From Desulfatiglandales bacterium (GTDB taxonomy: Bacteria > Desulfobacterota > DSM-4660 > Desulfatiglandales > Desulfatiglandaceae), in contig OY759599.1 in the NCBI GenBank assembly GCA_963662465.1, positions 8,064,001 to 8,128,000 on the forward strand: DNA of 64,000 bases, in the 5' to 3' direction. The first letter of the stretch is position 1; the number at the start of each line of letters is the position of its first letter. Below, in pieces: positions 1 to 10,531 of this stretch. Below the pieces are notes generated by a model, which was given only the letters and a program-made list of their open reading frames with translations, searched no databases and was not told the origin of the DNA. A program made the position numbers and the translations under genes.

Positions 1-1
1 C

Positions 2-697
2 CGGGAAAAAAACCAGTTCCTGGGAATGGCGGCTCACGATTTGCGCAAACCCATCGGGCTCATTATCTCCTATTCCGAATTTCTGATGGAAGAGGCGGCT
101 GACCGGCTGGATGGTGAACAACAAGGGTTCCTCAATACCATTCATTCCTCCTGTTCCTTTATGAAAAGGCTGGTGGATGACTTTCTGGATGTCAGTGCCA
201 TCGAAGCCGGGAAATTCGATCTGGACCTGCAGCCGGTCAATATCGACGATATTTTGGCGGAAAGCCTCAAACTAAATCATCTTCAGGCCGTCAAAAAGGG
301 GATTGAACTGCAAGTTGGTTCCGAAAACCGCGGTCCTTTAATGACCATGGATGCATCCAAGATCGAACAGGTCATCACGAATCTGGTGTCAAACGCCATC
401 GAGCATACCGGGCCCGGTACAAAGGTCAGTATCGGCCTTGCTTGTGATCGGCACGCCATGACCTTCTCGGTCCGGGACCGGGGACCGGGAATCCCGCCGG
501 AAGAGATGAACAAACTGTTCAAACCCTTTGAAAAAACCAGCGTCAAAAAAACCGCCGGCGAAAAAAGCACGGGTCTTGGCATGCTGATCACCCGAAAAAT
601 CATCGAAGCGCATGGGGGTGAAATATGGGTGGAGAGTACATTGGGCAGCGGAACGACCGTCTATTTTAGATTACCCCAAAAGGAATGGGAGCAATGA
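2..697 (+). CDS. Sensor histidine kinase, C-terminal part (runs off the left edge)
   Basis: H-box AAHDLRKP, N-box NLVSNAI, DRGPGI, G2 GLGM. Confidence 0.9.
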   Translation, partial: REKNQFLGMAAHDLRKPIGLIISYSEFLMEEAADRLDGEQQGFLNTIHSSCSFMKRLVDDFLDVSAIEAGKFDLDLQPVNIDDILAESLKLNHLQAVKKGIELQVGSENRGPLMTMDASKIEQVITNLVSNAIEHTGPGTKVSIGLACDRHAMTFSVRDRGPGIPPEEMNKLFKPFEKTSVKKTAGEKSTGLGMLITRKIIEAHGGEIWVESTLGSGTTVYFRLPQKEWEQ

Positions 698-1326
698 ATC
701 AGCGTATCAAAGTACTGGTAGTGGATGATGATCCGGACGTGCTTTTTGCCACATCGCGAATCGTCAAATCAGCGGGATATGAGGTGTTAGAAGCTTCCAC
801 GGGCGCTCAGTGCATGGAAACCGCGCGAGAAATCCGGCCGGATCTTATCCTGCTGGATGTGGTGTTGCCGGATGTGGACGGAACAAAAGTGTGCCGGGAA
901 ATCAAGTCCGATCCCGCGCTCAAGGCGACTTTTGTGGTCTTGATTTCGGGCGCGAAAACATCCTCTCTTGAGCAAGCAGATGGGCTTGACGTGGGTGCGG
1001 ATGGCTATATCGCACGGCCCATATCCAACCGTGAATTGAAAGCGCGGGTCGATGCCATGGCACGGATCTATATTGCCGAGCAAGAGCGGGATCGACTCAT
1101 TGTCGAACTCAAAGAAGCCCTTTCGAAAGTCAAACTGTTGAGCGGGTTGATTCCCATTTGTGCCAATTGTAAAAAAATACGAGACGACCAGGGATACTGG
1201 AATCGGATTGAAAAGTATATCGGTGAACACTCCAACGCGCAATTTACCCACAGTATCTGTCCGGAATGCGCGAAAAAACTGTATCCGGATTTGGAAATTT
1301 ATGATGATGAGGGCAAGCTTATTTAG
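694..1326 (+). CDS. Response regulator with C-terminal CxxC...HSICPEC tail
   Basis: VLVVDD and DLILLD receiver motifs; ATGA overlap with the kinase stop. Confidence 0.9.
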   Translation: MNQRIKVLVVDDDPDVLFATSRIVKSAGYEVLEASTGAQCMETAREIRPDLILLDVVLPDVDGTKVCREIKSDPALKATFVVLISGAKTSSLEQADGLDVGADGYIARPISNRELKARVDAMARIYIAEQERDRLIVELKEALSKVKLLSGLIPICANCKKIRDDQGYWNRIEKYIGEHSNAQFTHSICPECAKKLYPDLEIYDDEGKLI

Positions 1327-1378
1327 CACGTAAACAGTTTGATCGGCGTTAATCTTCAACAAGGAGAGGGGACTGAAA

Positions 1379-3868
1379 ATGATGGGAAAAACGATAATTC
1401 ATCTGGTTTTGATTATATTCATCCTTATCACGACCCCCTGTTTTGGGGACGATTCAACATTACCGTTAAGCCCTGAAGAAAAATCGTGGATCAGCGAAAA
1501 CCATACCGTCAGGGTCCGCATCGGCAATGCGCCGCCATTCATGTTGACGGATGGAAAGATCCGAGGGATCGCCATCGACTATTTGACACACATCTTCAAT
1601 CTTAATGGCATTAAATTTCAGTATATCAATGATTCCGAAGTGACCTGGCCGCAAGCCCTCAACTATATCGAACAGCATGAGGTTGTGGACATGGTCCCCA
1701 CCGCGAAAATTACCGATGAACGTAAGAAACACATGATCTTTACGGATGAGTACCTTATTGCGCCATGGGTGATATTCACCCGGTCGGACGCGGATTTTGT
1801 CAGTTCAATAGAAGACTTGAAAGGGAAAACCGTGTCGGTCCAGGAAGGTTATGTTATGCATGAAAAGCTGAAACGGGATTACCCCGGCATCAACCTCAAA
1901 GTCGCTTCAGCCAAATTGGAAAATTTTGCCGAGATACCGGTCAAGGACTTGTCCACGGGGTTGGTCGATGCCTATATCGGCAATCTAATGATGACGACGT
2001 ATCTGATTCAGTCCAAAGGGTATGCCAACATAAAGGTCGCGGCGCCGACGCCCTTTGACAACCATAATCAGGCCATGGCCATCCGCAACGACTGGCCCGA
2101 ATTGGCCGGCATCATCAACAAGACCCTCGCCGCCATGACGCCGGAGGAACATGCCGCCATTCGCAATAAGTGGCTTACCATGCGATACGAATATGGAATC
2201 AGTAAAGCCGATTTATTAATGTGGATTTTAGGTATTTTGGCGGTTGCATCGGTTTTTGTGTTGTTTTTCTTGTTTTGGAACAAACGGCTTAAAGGGGAGA
2301 TTGCGCTTCGACAACAAATCGAAGAGAATTTGCGCGAAAACGAAGAAAGATACAAAAAAGCGCAAGGCATGGGCCAGGTGGGGAATTGGGAATACGACTT
2401 GAAAACGGAGAGATTCTGGGGGTCTGACGAAGCCAAAAAAATCTATGGGTTTGATCCGGAAAGTCAAAACTTCACCACTGAGGAGGTTGAGAGCTGTATC
2501 CCGGAGCGAGAAAGGGTTCATCAGGCGCTGATGGATCTGATGGAAAGAAACATCCCATACAATATTGAGTTTGAAATTCAACCCATTACCGGGCCGGATA
2601 AAAAGATTATCAAATCCATTGCCGAGGTCATGCGTGATGATTCGGGCGCCCCCCTAAAAGTGATGGGGCTGGTACAAGATATCACAGCGCAAAAAAAGGC
2701 TGAAAAGGCCATGATCAATTTAGAACGCCAACTGAGGCAATCCCAGAAAATGGAATCCATCGGGACTCTGGCCGGTGGCATCGCCCATGATTTCAACAAT
2801 ATGCTGGGAATTATCTTAGGCAATGCGGAACTGGCCATGGATGATGTGCCCGAATGGAATCCCGCCAGGCAAAACCTGGATGAGGTAAGGAAGGCCTGCA
2901 TGAGGGCAAAAGAGGTGGTCAGGCAAATTTTGGCCTTCAGCCGCAAATCTGAAACCGAGCAAAAAACGTTCAACATGGCATCCGTTGTCGCTGAATCGCT
3001 CAAACTCCTACGGGCTTCCATTCCCACCAGTATTGATATCCGCCACAATGTATCCGGCGACACGGCCGAGATCCTTGGAGATCCCACCCAAATCCATCAG
3101 GTCATGATCAATCTCTGCACCAATGCGGCGCATGCCATGGAAAATGAGGGGGGAGTTCTGGAAGTCGCTTTGGAAAATACGGAGCTCTATGAGGATACGG
3201 CTTCCCCATATCCTGAGTTACATCCCGGGCCCCATGTGCAATTGGTGGTGAGCGATACAGGAGCCGGCATCAGCCCTGAAGCCATAGACCGGGTCTTTGA
3301 TCCTTATTTTACCACAAAAGAGGTGGGCAAAGGCACGGGGCTTGGTCTTTCGGTGGTTCACGGGATTGTCAATAGCCACCATGGCGGAATTTCGGTTGCG
3401 AGCCGGCCGGGAAAAGGAACCACATTCACCCTATTGTTCCCGGCGCTTCAAGGGAAGACCATGGACGAACCGAAGGCGTTTCGAGAACTCCCCACCGGCA
3501 AAGAGAGAATTCTGTTTGTCGACGATGAAGAAACAATGGTGAAACTGAATCAGCAGCGATTGGAAAGACTCGGATATACGGTCATCCCCAAAACCGATCC
3601 TACCGAAGCGTTAAGGTTTTTCCGTAGCCATCCGGATCAAATCGACCTTGTCATCACTGATATGACCATGCCCCGCATGACCGGGGACAAACTCGCTCAA
3701 GAAATCCTCAAAGTGAGATCCGACATGCCCATCATTCTCTGCACCGGGTACAGTAACCGGATCTCGGAGGCGCGTGCCCGGGAACTCGGTATTCGGAAAT
3801 ACATTGAGAAACCCATTGAAATGGAAAACCTGGCGAGGTCGGTCCGAGAGGTTTTGGATGGCCCGTGA
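1379..3868 (+). CDS. Hybrid sensor kinase (periplasmic binding domain, PAS, HisKA, HATPase, receiver)
   Basis: Signal peptide, TM helix, GGIAHDFNN, NLCTNA, GKGTGLGL, ILFVDDE. Confidence 0.92.
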   Translation: MMGKTIIHLVLIIFILITTPCFGDDSTLPLSPEEKSWISENHTVRVRIGNAPPFMLTDGKIRGIAIDYLTHIFNLNGIKFQYINDSEVTWPQALNYIEQHEVVDMVPTAKITDERKKHMIFTDEYLIAPWVIFTRSDADFVSSIEDLKGKTVSVQEGYVMHEKLKRDYPGINLKVASAKLENFAEIPVKDLSTGLVDAYIGNLMMTTYLIQSKGYANIKVAAPTPFDNHNQAMAIRNDWPELAGIINKTLAAMTPEEHAAIRNKWLTMRYEYGISKADLLMWILGILAVASVFVLFFLFWNKRLKGEIALRQQIEENLRENEERYKKAQGMGQVGNWEYDLKTERFWGSDEAKKIYGFDPESQNFTTEEVESCIPERERVHQALMDLMERNIPYNIEFEIQPITGPDKKIIKSIAEVMRDDSGAPLKVMGLVQDITAQKKAEKAMINLERQLRQSQKMESIGTLAGGIAHDFNNMLGIILGNAELAMDDVPEWNPARQNLDEVRKACMRAKEVVRQILAFSRKSETEQKTFNMASVVAESLKLLRASIPTSIDIRHNVSGDTAEILGDPTQIHQVMINLCTNAAHAMENEGGVLEVALENTELYEDTASPYPELHPGPHVQLVVSDTGAGISPEAIDRVFDPYFTTKEVGKGTGLGLSVVHGIVNSHHGGISVASRPGKGTTFTLLFPALQGKTMDEPKAFRELPTGKERILFVDDEETMVKLNQQRLERLGYTVIPKTDPTEALRFFRSHPDQIDLVITDMTMPRMTGDKLAQEILKVRSDMPIILCTGYSNRISEARARELGIRKYIEKPIEMENLARSVREVLDGP

Positions 3869-3980
3869 GGAGGATGCGAAGATGGAATATGTTTCGAGTG
3901 TCGAAAGAATCGGTTACAAAAAGGGGCCTTGATCATTGTTTCGACCAATGTGGGACACCGTGTTTGGTGTTGTCCGCTTC

Positions 3981-4004
3981 TAGGGGCGAAAAATTTTTCG
4001 CCCT
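3981..4004. repeat. REP-like palindrome TAGGGGCGAAAAATTTTTCGCCCT
   Basis: Intergenic hairpin GGGCGAAAAA/TTTTTCGCCC. Confidence 0.55.
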
Positions 4005-4052
4005 TTGCAAAATGGCAGAATGAATGATCAAGGCCGATATCGAGAAAAAATA

Positions 4053-6623
4053 ATGGGTAAAATAAAATTTCAAAATAGAGCGTTGTTCACGATTTCAGTG
4101 GTTATATATGTAACCGCCTTATTTATCTATGGGGTTTTGAATTATATCTATCACAAAAGCGAAATCATGGCATCCGTCGATGCAAAGTTGTACAATGGCG
4201 CAGCCGTTCTGAAGTATGTTTTGCCGGATGATTTTCATGACAGAGCCATAAACGAAAACGCTGTTTCAGTGAATGAGGATCAGCATATTTCTCGAAAGCT
4301 GACGAAATTGATTAAAGATACGGGTTATAAATTTGCCTATACCATCATTAAAATAGGGAACGACCTCTTCTTTATCGCTTCCGATATCGCAGCGGATCCT
4401 AAAAATAAAAGAGGAACTTTCTATTTTTATCCCTACAAGGAAGCAGACGAGAGCTTCTTCGAGGCTTTCAACCGGCAAACCCCCACTTATAAAACGGTAA
4501 CGGACCAGTGGGGTACTTTTCGAACCGTCATGATTCCGGAAACGTCGCCGGGCGGTGTCAAATATCTTGCATGTGCCGACTATGACATCAGTTATGTCAA
4601 CGGATTGCTTCAAAAGAGTCTGCTGCAATCGCTGGCAACGGTTCTTTTGTTCATATTATTGGCCGTTCCCATTGTCATCATTTACAACCGCGCCCTCAGA
4701 AATTACACAATCTCGTTGGCCGAGAGCGAGGAAAAATTCCGCAATTTTACGGAACAGTCCCTTGTGGGCATCTATCTGATTCAAGACGGGGTGTTCCGCT
4801 ATGTGAATCCTAAATTTGCTGAAATTTTCGGTTGCACCCCTGAGGAATGCCTCGATCATATGTCCTTTCAAAATTTCGTGCATCCGGATGACAAAGCCGC
4901 CGTTCAGGAGCAGATTCGCAAGAGAACCTCCGGGGAAACTGAATTTGCGCACTACACGTTCAAGGGGATAAAGAAAACAGGCGACATAATCGATGTCGAG
5001 ATATTCGGGACCGCCACCATTTTCGATGGAAAGCCCGCTGTTTCGGGAACGTTATTGGACATTACCCGGCGAAAGCGGGCCGAGGCCGCGGTTTTAGAGA
5101 GTGAAGCCAACCTTCAGAGCGTCTTCGATGCGGTGCCGGTGGGCATCTGTTTCATGAAGGATCGCGTGTATCGGCGTGCAAACCAAAACTGGTGCGTCAG
5201 CTTCGGCTATGCCGAGGCGGACCTTTTGGGCAAAACAACCGATTTCCTTTATGAAACAAAGGAAGAATCCGACCGTGTGGGAAAGAAATTAAATGAGCAT
5301 ATGCAAGAACATGGCATTGTAACCATCAATACCCGCTTGAAACGCAGTGATGGCGAATTCAGGGATGTTGTTTTGACGGCGAAACCGTTAAACGATCAGG
5401 ATATAGGGGCCGGCACCGTCGTTGTCGTTCACGATGTCACCGAACTCAAGCGTATTGAGGCGGAAAGAAAGGGCCTCGAAGACCAGTTGCGTCAATCCCA
5501 GAAACTGGAAGCCATCGGCACCCTGGCGGGCGGCATTGCCCATGACTTCAACAATATCCTCGGGGGGATTATCGGGTATTCAGAGCTGGCAAAAATGAAG
5601 GCCCTTGAAGGGGCCGACGTTATGGGCGATCTGAATCAGATCATAAAAGCGGGAAACCGGGCGGCAAAGCTGGTTGAACATATTCTGACCGTGAGTCGCC
5701 GGCACAAGCAGGAACAAAGGCCGGTGCGGATCAAAACCATCGTTGAGGAGGCCCTGAAGCTGATAAGGTCCACCCTCCCCACAACCATTGAGATTAGGGC
5801 GCGCCTGGCCATGGGGGGCGGTATCGTTCATGCGGACCCCACCCAGATGCATCAGGTGGTTATGAATCTCTGTACCAATGCCGGTCATGCCATGCAGGCG
5901 GAGGGTGGTGTTTTGATGGTCGAACTGGCCAATGTGGAACTGGATGACACGGAGGCGGCCAAATATTTGGATTTGTCCGCCGGTCCCTTCCTCAGGATGA
6001 CGGTCAGTGACACCGGACGCGGTATGGGTCATGAGACAATGGAGCGGATCTTTGATCCCTATTTCACCACCAAGGATACGGGAGAGGGAACGGGGTTGGG
6101 GTTGTCCGTGGTCCAGGGCATTGTCAAGGCCCACGGGGGCGCCATCACGGTTTACAGCCAACCCGGGGAGGGCACCACTTTCCATGTGTATTTACCCGTC
6201 ATTCTGGCGGAGGAAAGGGAGGAAGACCGGTCCGAGGAACCCCTTCCCACCGGAAGCGAGCGCATTCTGCTGGTTGATGATGAGCAGGCCCTGGTGGATG
6301 TGGGGGAGCAGATGCTGGATTGGCTGGGATATCAGGTGGTTGCCACCAGAAGCAGTATCGAGGCATTGGAACTGTTCCGGGCGGCGCCCGACCGTTACGA
6401 TCTGGTGATTACCGACATGACCATGCCCCATATGACGGGCGACAAACTGGCTTTGGAGTTGATGAAGATTCGCCCTGATATCCCGATTATCCTTTGTACC
6501 GGACACAGCAAACTGATTTCAAAAGAGAAGGCAAGACGCTTGGGAATACGGGCATTTGTCATAAAGCCTCTTTTGAAACGGGTGATGGCGGAGACGGTTC
6601 GGAATGTGCTGGATAAAAAATGA
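4053..6623 (+). CDS. Hybrid sensor kinase (2 TM, 2 PAS, HisKA, HATPase, receiver)
   Basis: GGIAHDFNN, GEGTGLGL, ILLVDDE; C-terminal half paralogous to 1379-3868. Confidence 0.92.
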   Translation: MGKIKFQNRALFTISVVIYVTALFIYGVLNYIYHKSEIMASVDAKLYNGAAVLKYVLPDDFHDRAINENAVSVNEDQHISRKLTKLIKDTGYKFAYTIIKIGNDLFFIASDIAADPKNKRGTFYFYPYKEADESFFEAFNRQTPTYKTVTDQWGTFRTVMIPETSPGGVKYLACADYDISYVNGLLQKSLLQSLATVLLFILLAVPIVIIYNRALRNYTISLAESEEKFRNFTEQSLVGIYLIQDGVFRYVNPKFAEIFGCTPEECLDHMSFQNFVHPDDKAAVQEQIRKRTSGETEFAHYTFKGIKKTGDIIDVEIFGTATIFDGKPAVSGTLLDITRRKRAEAAVLESEANLQSVFDAVPVGICFMKDRVYRRANQNWCVSFGYAEADLLGKTTDFLYETKEESDRVGKKLNEHMQEHGIVTINTRLKRSDGEFRDVVLTAKPLNDQDIGAGTVVVVHDVTELKRIEAERKGLEDQLRQSQKLEAIGTLAGGIAHDFNNILGGIIGYSELAKMKALEGADVMGDLNQIIKAGNRAAKLVEHILTVSRRHKQEQRPVRIKTIVEEALKLIRSTLPTTIEIRARLAMGGGIVHADPTQMHQVVMNLCTNAGHAMQAEGGVLMVELANVELDDTEAAKYLDLSAGPFLRMTVSDTGRGMGHETMERIFDPYFTTKDTGEGTGLGLSVVQGIVKAHGGAITVYSQPGEGTTFHVYLPVILAEEREEDRSEEPLPTGSERILLVDDEQALVDVGEQMLDWLGYQVVATRSSIEALELFRAAPDRYDLVITDMTMPHMTGDKLALELMKIRPDIPIILCTGHSKLISKEKARRLGIRAFVIKPLLKRVMAETVRNVLDKK

Positions 6624-6720
6624 GGCGCCGTGAATGGTTCCCATAGTAAAGCAGACCGGAAGGGTTGCCGGTCATCGTCAAGCCCTGAGATCTACATTAT
6701 GTTTATGATAGGATGATGTT

Positions 6721-8082
6721 ATGTCATTTTACCAACTTGGCCTTCGGGTCGAACTGCTTAAAACCGTTAAAACCAAGGGTTACCTTGCCCCCACTCCCAT
6801 TCAGACCCAGGTCATTCCCTTTATTCTTGATGGACGGGATGTTTTTGCCCGCGCTCAGACCGGAACGGGAAAAACAGACGCATTTGCACTCCCTTTGGTT
6901 GAAATGCTGAGTCGCCGGAAGGGCAGCGGGCGACATCCCCGTGCGCTGGTTTTGACCCCCACGCGGGAATTGGCGCTTCAGGTGGGAGAGAGCATCAAGG
7001 GCTATGCCAGGCGGGTCTCCCTTCGATGCACCGTTGTTCATGGCGGGGTTCGCATTCATCCGCAGATTGATCGGCTGCGGCGCGGTATCGACATCCTTGT
7101 GGCCACGCCGGGTCGTTTGCTGGATCTTGCCGGCGGGAGGCATCTGAAACTTTCCCGTATCGAGTTTCTGGTTTTCGATGAGGCGGATAGAATGCTGGAT
7201 CTGGGATTCAGTGAGGAGATCTCCGAAATCCTCGATCTTGTTCCAACTGAACGCAGGACCATGCTGTTTTCCGCTACTTACACCCAGCAGATCCGGGATC
7301 TTGCCGGAAAGATACTGCTGGATCCGGAATATATCGAGGCGACGCCTGAGCATACGGCGGCGGAATCTGTTGTTCAGAAGGTACACCTGGTGGACCGCTC
7401 CAATAAACGGGCGCTCCTCACTCACCTGATCACCCGGGGACGCTGGACCCGGGTACTGGTCTTTACCCGCACCAAACACGGGGCAAACAAGCTTACGGAG
7501 AAACTTGCGGCAAAAGGGATCAATGCCGTTGCCCTGCATGGCAACAAGAGCCAGTCTTTCCGGACGCGTACGCTAAAAGAGTTCAAGAACGGCGAGATCC
7601 GCATCCTCGTGGCGACGGATGTGGCCGCAAGGGGCCTGGATATCAGCCATCTGCCCTATGTGGTTAACTACGATATGCCCGGCATCCCAGAGGATTATGT
7701 TCACCGCATCGGTCGCACCGGTCGGGCGGGTGTTAGCGGTATTGCCGTTTCCCTGGTCTCTCACGATGAAAAGTCTTGTCTCCAGGCTATTGAAGCATTG
7801 CTGAAGCAGAAGATTCCGGTGGAAAAGGTTGATGGTTATACCGTAGACAGCGATGTCCCGGATTTTGTTCTATTTCGCCCCGACAGCCCGTCCAGTGAAA
7901 AACAGGCGGACAAGGACATCAAAGAGATCGTCGTCACAAGAAATGCCTCAAAACAGCGTGCGAAAATCCGTAAGGCGAAAGGCGCCGGTTCGGGCAGACG
8001 CTCGGGAGCGCAATCGAAATCCCGATCCGGCGGGCGAAACCATAAAGCGGGGGAAAACCGCCCTGGTAAGGGATCGTTTTAA
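6721..8082 (+). CDS. rhlE: DEAD-box RNA helicase, RhlE-like
   Basis: AQTGTGKT, PTRELA, DEAD, SAT, HRIGRTGR, basic tail. Confidence 0.88.
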   Translation: MSFYQLGLRVELLKTVKTKGYLAPTPIQTQVIPFILDGRDVFARAQTGTGKTDAFALPLVEMLSRRKGSGRHPRALVLTPTRELALQVGESIKGYARRVSLRCTVVHGGVRIHPQIDRLRRGIDILVATPGRLLDLAGGRHLKLSRIEFLVFDEADRMLDLGFSEEISEILDLVPTERRTMLFSATYTQQIRDLAGKILLDPEYIEATPEHTAAESVVQKVHLVDRSNKRALLTHLITRGRWTRVLVFTRTKHGANKLTEKLAAKGINAVALHGNKSQSFRTRTLKEFKNGEIRILVATDVAARGLDISHLPYVVNYDMPGIPEDYVHRIGRTGRAGVSGIAVSLVSHDEKSCLQAIEALLKQKIPVEKVDGYTVDSDVPDFVLFRPDSPSSEKQADKDIKEIVVTRNASKQRAKIRKAKGAGSGRRSGAQSKSRSGGRNHKAGENRPGKGSF

Positions 8083-9356
8083 TGCAGCAGCCAGTTGGGC
8101 AGCAGCAGCGAAATGGCCGGCACGTAGGTGACTGCCAGCAGGCAAAGGAGCATGATCACCAGAAAGGGCATGACCCCTTGCGCGATGCGGGTAAGCGGTT
8201 TTCCGGTAATGCCCGATGATACGAAAAGATTCAGTCCGAAGGGCGGCGTAAGCATGCCCATTTGAATGTTCAGCACCATGACCACGCCGAAGTGAACCAG
8301 GTCGATGCCGTATCGGTTGAGGGTTTCCAGGAACAGGGGCGCCAGCACCAGCATGGCGCTCACATCATCCATGAAACAGCCCAGAATCAAAAAAAGAATG
8401 TTGACCGTCAGCAGAAACATCCAGGGACTGTGGATGTATTGCATGATGAGGTCGGCCAGCTGGTTGGGGATTTGCTCCGCCGTCAACAGCCAGATGAAGG
8501 TCATGGCGCAGGACAGGATGAACAGCAGGCAGGCGGACAGGATGGCCGCTTCCTGGCAGACGGAGGTCAGGTCCTTGAGACCGAATTCCCGGTATATGAG
8601 CATCTCAACCAGGAGGGCATAGATGACGCTGACGGCGGCCGCTTCCGTGGGGGTGAAGACCCCCGAGTAGATGCCCCCCAGAACGATGATGGGCAACAGG
8701 AGCGCCCAGAATCCCCGTTTTGCCGTTCGGATGATTTCCTTGAGGGATGCCTTTTTTTCGATGCGCCAGTTATGCTTTTTGGCAATCACATAGGTATAGG
8801 CGATGAGGGCCGCGCCGATCAGGAGTCCCGGCAGAACGCCTGCCATAAACATCTCGGCCACGGAGACGTTCATTACCAGACAATAGAGGATCATGGGGAT
8901 GGATGGGGGAATGACAATGCCGAGTGAGCCGGACACGGTAATTAACCCCAGTGAAAATCTTTCGCCGTAGCCCGCCTTGATGAGGGCGGGAATCATGACG
9001 GAGCCGATGGCCACCACCGTTGCCGGAGAAGATCCGGAAATGGCCGCGAAAAAGATACAGGCCAGGACTCCCGCAATGGCCAGGCCCCCCGGAAACCATC
9101 CCACCAGGGCATTGATGAAATCGATCAACCGCCGGGCGATGGCCCCCTTGGTCATGATGCTTCCCGCAACGATGAAAAAGGGGATGGCCAGAAGGACGAA
9201 TTTATCCAGAGCGTTAAACAGTTGCTGGGTCAGAATGTGAAGGGGGGTATTGGAAAACAGATAAAGGGTGACCGTGGTGGTAATGCCCAGGATCACGGCG
9301 ATGGGAACGCCCGCCAGGAGCAACAGCGCAAAGCAGAGGCAGATGGTCAGGGTCAT
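8079..9356 (-). CDS. dctM: TRAP transporter large permease
   Basis: LLAIPFF, SGSSPAT, IPPSI, TPPFGLNLFV. Confidence 0.93.
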   Translation of the reverse strand: MTLTICLCFALLLLAGVPIAVILGITTTVTLYLFSNTPLHILTQQLFNALDKFVLLAIPFFIVAGSIMTKGAIARRLIDFINALVGWFPGGLAIAGVLACIFFAAISGSSPATVVAIGSVMIPALIKAGYGERFSLGLITVSGSLGIVIPPSIPMILYCLVMNVSVAEMFMAGVLPGLLIGAALIAYTYVIAKKHNWRIEKKASLKEIIRTAKRGFWALLLPIIVLGGIYSGVFTPTEAAAVSVIYALLVEMLIYREFGLKDLTSVCQEAAILSACLLFILSCAMTFIWLLTAEQIPNQLADLIMQYIHSPWMFLLTVNILFLILGCFMDDVSAMLVLAPLFLETLNRYGIDLVHFGVVMVLNIQMGMLTPPFGLNLFVSSGITGKPLTRIAQGVMPFLVIMLLCLLAVTYVPAISLLLPNWLLH

Positions 9357-9865
9357 GGGGTTGCCTCCCGGGCCGGTTTTCCAGGCCCTTTGGGTTCCAA
9401 TTCCTTGAGAAAATTGACGGCCGCGGTAAAAAACCGAAAGCCCATGACCATGGAAAAAAACGGAATGGGCAGGTAGGCCACGTACATGGGTATCTCCATG
9501 GCCGGGGAGGTGGTTTCGTATCCGTACATGCGGATCACGATTCTCCAGGAATAATAGGCCACGAGTACAAAAAAGAGGGCGGAGAGAATGCTGGTGGCGG
9601 ATTTGAGCAACTGTTGCCAGGGCCGGTTCAGGTGCATAACGATGAGGTCCATGGTGAAATGGCTGCCGGTTTTGACGCCGATGCCGCCACCCAGGAATGC
9701 CACAAATACGCCCAGGTAACGGCCCAGCTCTTCAAACCAGGTGAAGCTGTAGTTGAACAGGTAACGGGCGAACACCTGTATAAACCCGATCAAGGCCAGT
9801 CCCAGAATCGTCCATACCAGGGTGGCTCTTTCAAGTCGATCGATGAAGTGACTTATTTTTTTCAA
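9353..9865 (-). CDS. dctQ: TRAP transporter small permease (probable TTG start after GGAGGG)
   Basis: QVFARY..WFEELGRY, 4 TM, overlaps dctM start. Confidence 0.88.
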   Translation of the reverse strand: MKKISHFIDRLERATLVWTILGLALIGFIQVFARYLFNYSFTWFEELGRYLGVFVAFLGGGIGVKTGSHFTMDLIVMHLNRPWQQLLKSATSILSALFFVLVAYYSWRIVIRMYGYETTSPAMEIPMYVAYLPIPFFSMVMGFRFFTAAVNFLKELEPKGPGKPAREATP

Positions 9866-9883
9866 ACCGGCATCCCTCCAGAA

Positions 9884-9939
9884 GCTGTTAGCCGTTAGCT
9901 TTTCGCTTTTCAATGCTAACAGCTAACAGCTAACCGCTA
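9884..9939. repeat. Inverted heptamer tandem repeat (GTTAGCy)n...(GCTAACA)n
   Basis: gctgttagccgttagc...gctaacagctaacagctaaccgctaa between iorB and dctQ. Confidence 0.8.
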
Positions 9940-10485
9940 AAAACCATATCCCGCGTCAAAAACCTTGAGATTATTCTCCCTTAAACGGTCAGGGCTTACG
10001 GCAATAATAGTATTGCGCAATTCATCACAGGTAAAGGGTTCATTCTCAAGAGAGGTAAAAAAGCCCATGAGCGCCAGGTTGGTGGACATGGGATTGCCTA
10101 AGTCCGCGGCTGTCTTCTGAGCCGGGAAGGCATGGACTGAAATGTTCTGTTGTTCAAGATAGTGCCTCACTTCCTTTCTGGGAAAGTCGTTGCTTTCAGC
10201 ATTGACGTAAATGCTTCCCCCTGGCGCCAGGAAGGGCAGGTTCCGATAGGCTTCATTTTCTTCCAGGGCCAGGAGGAACCGGGCCGTTTGGTCCCGGATC
10301 AGGCTGCTTGCCATCTTTCCCAGTTTGAGATGGGAAACCACGGATCCTCCCCGCTGGGCCATGCCGTGGGTTTCGGCGCCCAGGGTGGCAAGTCCCTTGT
10401 CCAGGGCCGCCCGGGCAAAAATCTTGGTCATGAAAAGGATGCCCTGTCCACCCAGACCGCAGAATATCATGTTTATATTTTCCAT
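9937..10485 (-). CDS. iorB: Indolepyruvate:ferredoxin oxidoreductase beta subunit
   Basis: GLGGQG, ETHGMAQRGGSVVSH. Confidence 0.92.
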   Translation of the reverse strand: MENINMIFCGLGGQGILFMTKIFARAALDKGLATLGAETHGMAQRGGSVVSHLKLGKMASSLIRDQTARFLLALEENEAYRNLPFLAPGGSIYVNAESNDFPRKEVRHYLEQQNISVHAFPAQKTAADLGNPMSTNLALMGFFTSLENEPFTCDELRNTIIAVSPDRLRENNLKVFDAGYGF

Positions 10486-10531
10486 TATGTTCCTCTTATT
10501 TGATGTTATTTGCAAACGGCGCGAACGAAAA